64,000 bases of DNA from assembly GCA_038087875.1 (NCBI GenBank), contig CM075989.1, positions 7,750,001 to 7,814,000 of the forward strand, in the 5' to 3' direction. Made by a program: the position numbers and the translations under genes. Under the pieces are notes generated by a model. It was not told where the DNA came from. It searched no databases and saw only the letters and a list, made by a program, of their open reading frames with translations. Positions within the stretch are counted from its first letter, which is position 1. Each line of letters begins with the position of its first letter. The DNA comes from Malacoraja senta (taxonomy: Eukaryota). Below, piece after piece: positions 55,391 to 64,000 of this stretch.

Positions 55391-56380
55391 ACCTGGTAGA
55401 ATCAACCTCTTGCCGTCAAAATATTCTGAACTGGTTAAGTAGTTTATTCCATTTTTAATGTAAAATTCTGTTAATCCTTCAGTTAATAATTAAGAACTAC
55501 ATGAATATTTTCTGTTTTTAAATAGTAAGATCCCATAGTAAAAAATAAAATAATCCAAAAATGGCAAAAAAAAAATACAAGTTCAGCAACTAAAATGTAA
55601 CAGTAGTCTTGTTAAACATTACCAGAATTTCTCTTTCAGATTTCTGGTTTGTTACTCGAGCTAAATCAGATATCTTATCTGCAGTGGAAGAAAAATACAT
55701 TTCATTCTGAGGACAGTTTTTCCCCCTGCAGATTCAAGGAAGCCACACCCATTACATCTAAGCAGATGGTACACAATTCACACCAAGGACTTCAAAACAA
55801 CTTGCACAAAGCGTTTCTTTCAAATGATAGATTAGAAATCTTTTTGAATGGAGATAAATAATTTTGATCAGTACTTTCTGCATGAACCCAAATACTAATG
55901 TAATAGCTTTACACGCTGCAACATTTTTTAAGTCCATAGAGAGTTACTGACACACCGATACTTTAAGTTACAATTCCTCTGGAAATTAAATATAGAATAC
56001 CCACTCTTTTACATAAGCACTATAACAATCTCAAGATAAAATGCACACATTGCTCTGCATTCAACACAAATTCAAGGTTGCTAAAATGTCTGTTCAAACT
56101 TATTACATTTAGTTTGACCTTTACTCTAATCTATAGAAATTCAGAACAATCAAATGACAGATCATCTTTAAGGTTTCCAGTTGTCAAGGCTACACCTTAA
56201 CATCAGAACCAATATTTGCAGATATGCCCATTAACTTACATTTTCCTCATTGATTCAAAATGTAAAGCTAAAAACATATGTTTTAAACTATATTTCCCTC
56301 CATACAATGTCTTAGGTTGCCACATCCTTTGCAAAAATGGGTACTTGAAGCACAGCATGCATGATATGTAATTATCTCTG

Positions 56381-56553
56381 GCTGAAGAAGGATCTCGACT
56401 CGAATCTTGCATGGAATCCAACGTCTGAAGAATGGTCTCAACCAGAAACATCACCCATTCCTTCTCTCCAGAGATGCTGCCTGTCCTGCTGAGTTACTCC
56501 AGCCATTTGTGTCTATCTTCTGTTTAAACCAGCATCTACAGTTCCTTCTTACA
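56381..56553 (+). mobile_element. Penelope-like terminal repeat with a tandemly duplicated CTGAAGAA head
   Basis: Two CTGAAGAA..TCTC units; flanked by direct repeat TATCTCTGGCTGA (~56372-56384, ~56556-56568). Confidence 0.7.
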
Positions 56554-59500
56554 CATATCTCTGGCTGATATTCTAGTTACTATTGATTGAGCAAGACCAT
56601 TTCAACATGATCAGCTCTAACTTGAAACAAGATATTAAGAACTTAAAATTACTTGTCAAATATTCCAAATACAAGATGCTCACTTGATATATCTTAGCAC
56701 CAACATGGGCCCAAATCAACATAGCACCTGACAATAAGGAAAAGGCTCAGTAGTCATGGTTCACCATTTCATACCTTGAAATCTAATGTACAACTTTTGT
56801 GCATAATTAGATCTGATTCAATAGCAGTGAGAACACATGGCACTGACTTCCAATATACAAAAATGCACAGTGCTGCAGCAAACGATATTGTGACTTAACC
56901 GTGCAGTATGGTGCATTTTCGATAATGGACAGAGCAAACTACAAATTATAGCAGTGGACTTAGTGGAAGAGAGGAGCAGTATTATACATATCTCAGCAGC
57001 AAATATGATTCAGTAAATGCGATCATTTTGGAAGCAGGCAGTTTATTCACCAATTCGAGGAAAGATCATTCCCAACCATACCCTCTGGTCTGACCTATGC
57101 AGGACACCAGTCCCCATTGCATAGTTAACTCAATATTCTCGGGGGAACTAAAGATCTCAATAAATATTTTTCATCCTTGTGTGTACATTCCACAGATAAA
57201 AATACCACATGGCTAATACAGCGGACTTTAAAAAATTCAAAAAGGGCAAGAGATGCTGCTCCTAATTAATAACCTAATTCATTAATTTCATATTTACAGG
57301 CAAAAAAAAATCAAATTAGCCAAGTATCATTAAGAATTGGATACATGGTTATATAACCAATAGAATGCAAAAAATTTCCCAAAAGAACTGCACTTTGAAT
57401 GAATGTTCCGGAAATACAAATTAATTTGCGCTAAATCAAAATGGTTGCTTCTCCTTTCCTAATCTTCAATGTTATGTTTGCCAAAAAAGTGCTGTAACAC
57501 AAATGTTAGCACTTCCCAAAGAATGACTGACTAGATAGAGGAAGGACAAAAAAAATTACCTCAGAGGCTTAATGCTTAAACGTCAAAATGTATTTTTGTT
57601 CCTTTTATGCTTATTTTCTTTTATTTCTCATTAGCCACTTTGTTTGAAACGTTTTCATGACAAACCACAGTTAAAGTTATTATGAAAACAATTAAATATA
57701 TATCAAGGACAAACTAAATTCGAAGTGGCAAAGAACACAAAACAGACATTAATGCTCTTGGCTAACTGGCATTTAATGCGCAAGTCAGAAAAGGACAGGA
57801 AATCATAGGACCTTAAATGAAAGTACTTAATTCTGGTATATTTAAAACTTGAAGCAGCTTGAGGGTGTCCAACATCTGTATTTATTTCAGTCTCCATCAA
57901 CTTATGTTTATAATAAAATCCCATTAATGCATTAATGCCACAATAAATGGCCTCAAATAGCTTCAAATAATGGCACGCAGATAGAAAGCCTGGAACCGCC
58001 ATCCATTTCCTGCAGTGCTGACAATAGCTCATTTGCTCCCGGTGGAAACACTACACTAACAAGTGAGCTAACCACCTCCCTGATTCAGGCGGAAAAACAT
58101 CTCCCCTGGCACAGACGCCCATAGAAAAACAAGGACATCTGTAATATAACAAATTGTTCCATAATAATCAGCTTCTTAAAACTAATGCACTTTTAATGGA
58201 ACTGGAGACTGAAAGCATCACAGCATTGCAAGTAATGCCATTTTAGAAAACAGGATAAGCTTGAAATGATATACTACAAATTAATTGATATAATCAGGAT
58301 TAAAAGATATCCTGCCTAATCTAGAAGGTACTTTTTATTGAGCAGATTTAGATGGCAGCATATGTACATTCAGTACTAACAGCCTAGAAGGATAATAGAA
58401 GCCCTAATTTCTGTGTTATGGTCTGTAACTGAGATGCAACTGCTGTAAAAAAACAGCAGGCTTTTTTTTTAAGGTCATTTTACTTCCCACATACTGGAGA
58501 CAAATATAACACTCCTCCTGCCAACTCACATTGGAACATGTGGTTCACATGGGTTGAGATGGCCAAAGAAGAATCCCATTTTGTCACTGTGGAAAGTCAC
58601 ATGTTCACCTTACTAATGAAAGGAAAAAACCTTTACTGGTATTCTGACTTGATGTTTGGAGTTTTAACTATGAAGTTACCTTAAACATGCAAAAAATCTC
58701 AAACCTGCACATCCAAATCAATAACTCCAGCCTACATTTCACATTGCAAAAAAATGTAGAAGTGACTTTTAACACCCTCCCCACCCAAGAATCATGCACG
58801 TTCAGAATTCATATTGAGACTGTAAGATCAAGTGAATGGCAAGGCCAGCAATCATTAACCGTTGTTAGCTATATTCAGTTGATACAATGAAGTTAATTTC
58901 CACACTGGGGAGTTAGGAGAGAAGAGACCAGAGAAGGAAATAGGCCAGACCAGATTCCCTTCCATACAACAGTTTGTATTCATATATATTGCAACTAATA
59001 AAAGCACTACAGATACCACATTGAAGTATTATCTTTTAAAAGACCAAACTACACAAGTAGCTACTCGTCAGATGACAAATACTTAGGCAAATTCATGGTT
59101 TTGGAGCCTCTTGCAGGGGCGCGGTGGAAGAGGGAATTTGTGACAATTCTACACCCCAAGGCCACAGTAGCTGAATGTAAAGTGGACAACGGCGTTATAA
59201 TTAAAATCAATGATGTACAAATGTACAAGATTGCTGACTTGAAGAATGTTACTGAAATGGAGGAACTAATGAAGTAGTTTGAAAATATGGATGAGAAATT
59301 TAAGAAGGCAAACATATTTCAGGAAGCAGAGATGATAAAATTCTGTATATGTTAGATTATGGACAGAGGTTCAGATAGCCTTAAACCCAAGGAGAGAGGA
59401 AGAGGCGTGGCTGACCAAGTCTGTCGAAGCAGACTTATTTCAGGATAGTTTTATGTCTGCTTCTGTGTATTCTTAAAAATTCCAATCCCAATTCTCAATC

Positions 59501-62279
59501 ATTTCAACCCACTATATCAAGAACTGAACTTATATTCCATTGATTAGCAATCCATCATTAAGATATCAGTAGGAATGTGTAGGAAGGAACTGCAGACGCT
59601 AGTTTAAACCGAAGATAGACACAAATTGCTGGAGTAACTCAGCAGGACAGGCAGCATCTCTGGAGAGAGGGAATGGGTGACGTTAAGAAATTAGTGCCCA
59701 ATATACAGCACTGTTTAGTTTTGGGGTCCGGTACTCAAAAAGATTAGATACGAAGGGAGAAATGCATCGACTTACAATAAAGTCAAGGATTAAATGGTTA
59801 AAATCAAATCAGGAATAAACAGGAAACACCTTTTCACAATAGTGGAAATCTGGAATTTTCTCTCATAAAGCAGCAGCTCCCAAATTAGACAGAATAATAA
59901 AGTTATTCAATCCCTTCATAAAGAGATATGGATCAAAGATAGGAAGATAAAGCTAAAGGAAAAATTGGCTTCAATCAGCTGAATGGTGGAACAGATCAAT
60001 GGAACTAGATTGTCCATGCCGCTTCCAGGTTACACTATGATGCCTCAACATTTTGGGATAAATGTAACCTGGAACACCCTAGCTATGTAATTTAAAGAGG
60101 AAAACAGCCCACCACATTGGCATCCGAATATAAAAATGAAAATTTTATTTGCCAATAGCAAGAAGAGTGAATAAACTCAAAGCAGTAATATAAAAACAGA
60201 TTTGAGGTTTCAACATATTCCCAAGTTCAGAAACCAGCTGAACACTCCTGGGCATCACAGACGTTTCATGTTTTTGCCAAACTCCAAGTCATCTGTTATT
60301 TAATAAAAATAAGTAACCCTGTGATAAGAAAAAAATCAACTGAAATCAATGACCACACTGATTAAAGAACAAGCTGGATCAGAAGGAATTATCACTGGCG
60401 AGTGCGCAATACCACACTTGGTTCAATCATCATTTTCATTTCAATTTGATAAATGAGGATAAAAATGTATTAGTGGAATTAGTAGTTTAAGGAAGCCAAA
60501 TATTCGCAAACGGAGAGTAAAGCCCCAAAAGATGTTTTAAAAAATGCATTTACAACTATTCTGTTAAATCAAGACAAAACCCCTACTGAATACATTATAG
60601 TCACTAAAATCTAAATAAAATAAGACAAAGAATATCATTTTAGATATAGAACATATTATTAACACTATGAATGCAGAAGTGGATATTCTTCACTGATACC
60701 AAAACAAAGCAGTTAAAAGGAGTGATTAGAAAGGTCAATAGATCGGAAATGTTGAGGTTGTGGGTCAAATGAGACGATCTTAGATCGGTCTGGATGAGTT
60801 GGGCTGAAGGGTATTTCCATGCTGTATGACCCATGACCCACTTCCCTTCGGGAGATCAATAACAAGGGTGGCATAAAATTATGGCGATTGATAGAAAGAT
60901 AAATAAATTAGTTTCCTCCACCATAGAATGAGATTCAGGAAGCTACTGCCTGGAAAATATGGAACCTGAAACTCTCATCAACCTATAAAGATACAAACCA
61001 AGAGCTCAGAAGTGGAATTCTCCCCAAAAGATCCCTTTTTCGCTTGCAGACAGACTGCAATGCTGCCTTCCTATGTTATAATTTATTGAATAATTGCAAA
61101 TGGTTTTGAGCACTCTTTACCAATACTTTTGAAATCTGCAAATCTGCAAATAATACATAATTTAAATATGTCAAAACGTGTTGTGAACATCTACAAAGAA
61201 AATTTCCAGAAAACTATCAACGTACTACAGATTCTTGGCGAAGATGGAGGAAAAAATAGTTTCCATTCCATTTTTGGAAAATTAGACTCTGCATTAAAAA
61301 CTACTTGTGCTGTCCTGGTATATCAAAGTTTTGAGTATTTTAATTCCATGTACTACAAATTACAATTATCAGCTGTGTGCAACATTCCATGGCTTTGATT
61401 TATCCTACAATCTATATCCAAATGTTATAATTAATTTGGATTAGCATGATTTTTTGAGTGAGAAACATAATTGCAGATGACGATTTAATACTGAACACAT
61501 TTCGCAGCAAAAATATGTCAAGTTGATGGCTTGAAACCAAGTCTACAGGTCGGTCTTTTGTATCCCCTTCTGATACTGAAGATGATATAAAATATCTCAA
61601 CATTAACATAATTATCTGAAGTCTCATAAATGGTATAACCTGGACACAAATATATTTAATGAAGAGTTAACACCATAATTTCTCATATTCCCAGTCGCTG
61701 CACTCATAGGTAATGGGGAAAGGAAATAAGTCACTTGGAATATCCTCAGACCACCTAAAAAAATGCTTTACAAAAGCAGATCACATAGGTAGTAGTTAGG
61801 GGTGGATCATATAGGTAGTAGTTGGAGGTGGCAAGTGATACATCCAAGGGAATGAGGAAGGAAAATAAACAAGTCAATTGTGTTTCAAATGTTAGATTTA
61901 TTTTCTAAAATTATCCCTGTATATTTATAACCACCTTTTAGTGTATGCATCAGACAAAGATCAAGAACAATTATCCAGCAATATACCTTGTATTTGTTTT
62001 TTGGACTTTAATTATGTGAAGCATACGTGAAATTTCTAGTACATTGTAATGCAATTTCAGACACAGAAAGGACTGGTTTAAATGCAGCAGGACCCCACCT
62101 GTCTATTTCCTATTACCCAATTCAAGCCGTCAACTCGGCATTTCATGAAACGTCTTTGGTCGTCAGTGTATGTTACACGGATGTAAAAAAAAATCCTTTC
62201 CTAATCTTAGACCCCACCTAGTTTCAACAAGGCAAAAACAGGGCAAGGCACGACTCCTTCTTACATGAAGATGGAGATA

Positions 62280-63220
62280 TTCCCATACAACAGTCCCCGA
62301 GTCCCGATCGCGATGGCTCAGTCGGGAGACAGAGACTGGCCAAGCCCGTGGGCGACGCCACGGTCACAGCCCCCCGTTGTGATGGGGCTTCAACAGCGGC
62401 CACCCAGCCAGGCAGCGTCCGGCTCGACCAACCGCTGGCCGTCAGACCGGTCCCGGGGCCCCAAATCGGGAATAAAGGGAAGGAAGGAAGCTGGGCGGCG
62501 GCAAGCGCCATGTTTGCCGAGTGGGCCCAGGGCGGGGGATCCATTCATCAGGGAGGGAGGGCGGGCGGGCGGCATCCCATCCACACACAGCCGATTCCTA
62601 CCCCCACAACCCCAGTTGTACCCCACACCGAGACAGACCCCCAATGGCGGCGGCCTCCCCTCGCCACCCCCACACGCGGCCTGCCCCTGCCTCTCCGCCC
62701 GCACGAACTCACTCACTCACCCGGCGGGCTGCCGCTCACATTGACCGCTCTCGGCCCGGGGCTCGGCGCCAACCGTCGCGCTTCGGGGCCGACTGCGCTG
62801 TGGCTTTCGTTCCTCCTCGGCGTCGGCTGTGAGCACTGCGGTGCAGGTGGGGGTGAAGTGAAGGCTGCGCGGTGCGTGCGGCTGGGTCTGTCTGCCCGGC
62901 TCGATGTGGCGGCGGACTAGGCGCGGCGGGCGGCGGCCATTACACGGAGACAGTGGCTCCGGCGGGATGGGCGCGGTGCGGCACTCGCCCCTGCTCGCAG
63001 CTCGGGAAACCCCACGCTCTCCCGCCTCGAGCCCCCGCGCGCACGTACACTCGCGCGCACCGCGTTCGGCTCAGGACCCGTGCGTGCACGCGCGCGCGCG
63101 TCCGTCGGCCCTGACGCACTCGCACAGCGGAGGGTGGTGGCGGGTCACGTGTACCCGGGTGGCAACAACAGCGGCCCCTTGTGCTCTGGAGGTATTGGCT
63201 CAGAGCAAGCGCTCGTGCCC
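62280..63220. promoter_or_regulatory. CpG-island promoter of GNB1
   Basis: High GC and CpG content; GTCACGTG E-box (CACGTG 63146-63151); CGCG/GCGC runs 63035-63100; YY1-like CGCCATGTT 62506-62514 and ATGGCGGC ~62644. Confidence 0.85.
62721..62970 (-). other. GNB1: GNB1 non-coding first exon (TSS approximate)
   Basis: GC-rich segment in the CpG island ending at a strong donor CGG|GTGAGT (62720). Confidence 0.7.
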
Positions 63221-64000
63221 CACCTAGACTCCCACCCATTTCTCCCCCTGCTTTCAACCCCCCACATTCTTCCCTCCACATTCTTTGTTCCTACCATCAA
63301 CCACCCCCCTTTACCTGCCACACTTTGTCCTGCCTCTCTCCCTCCCAGATTTATCTCCCCCTTCCCCCATAATCAGTCTAATGAAGGGTTTCTACCTGAA
63401 ACATCACCTATCCATGTTCTCCAGAGATGCTGCATGTCACTTGTGCTGTCACTTTCATAGAGCTTTAGACACTTGGACCTCAAGATTGCTCTGTCTCATC
63501 ATTAACTATATACTTCCCCTGATATTTGACTTTCCAAAATGTAACACTGTACACTTGCTTGGATTAAACTCCAGGTCAGGGGACATTCCTAGCAGCAGCC
63601 TCTGCCGGCTGATCAACCTCGCAGCCTTTCTGGCATACCACTGGGCCCACTAACCTGCAGATCCCAGCCCTCCTGCTACACATACGAGCGGTGAATAACC
63701 ACAACATGGGTCCCTGAATTTCCCTTACCCTGCAGACACCCACCACTCTGGATGAAAACGTTTCCCCTAATCACATCTCCGTACCTCTAACAAATAGTTT
63801 AAAACTATGTTTACTAAGTTCTTTTGCCTCTCTCAAAAGGAAACAAGGTCTTCCTGTTTACCTAGGCCCTTCAATTTTGTAAAATTATAGTCATAGAGTT
63901 GTACAGCACGGAAACAGATCCTTTGACCCAACTTGTCCATGCTGACCAAAATACCCTATACACTAGTCCCACCTGCCTGCGTCTGGGCCATATCCATATA

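Noticed and set aside
57560-57601. Candidate for the small second non-coding GNB1 exon (good GAG|GTAATT donor)
   Set aside because: The upstream AG has a purine-rich tract rather than a polypyrimidine tract; I could not locate this exon in the ~36-kb interval
62224-63460. Many overlapping 100-190 aa ORFs
   Set aside because: Stop-poor GC-rich CpG island; low-complexity translations with no recognisable domain

Overview
Vertebrate genomic DNA. The repeat content (V-SINE/HE1-like, CR1/HER1-like LINEs, Penelope-like remnants) points to a cartilaginous fish, probably a skate or ray; this is inference. Nearly the whole window is one minus-strand gene, GNB1 (G-protein beta-1): a CpG-island first exon at ~62.7-63.0 kb, nine coding exons (57+39+107+64+163+67+202+217+107 = 1023 nt, 340 aa, all GT-AG) from 26857 to 9745, and a separate ~1.9 kb 3'UTR exon. 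The introns hold many mobile elements. The most striking is a 1169-bp P-element-like non-autonomous transposon (34-bp TIR, 8-bp TSD) in the first intron. It carries two inverted copies of BCL7A-like exon 1, and one copy is interrupted by a 23-bp TIR-only footprint of the same family. Also present: more than a dozen Penelope-like terminal repeats with a minimal hammerhead-ribozyme-like core, a Helitron-like element, a TIR element with a 6-bp TSD, and two decayed Tc1 transposons. No database searches were possible, so family names come from recalled consensus features.
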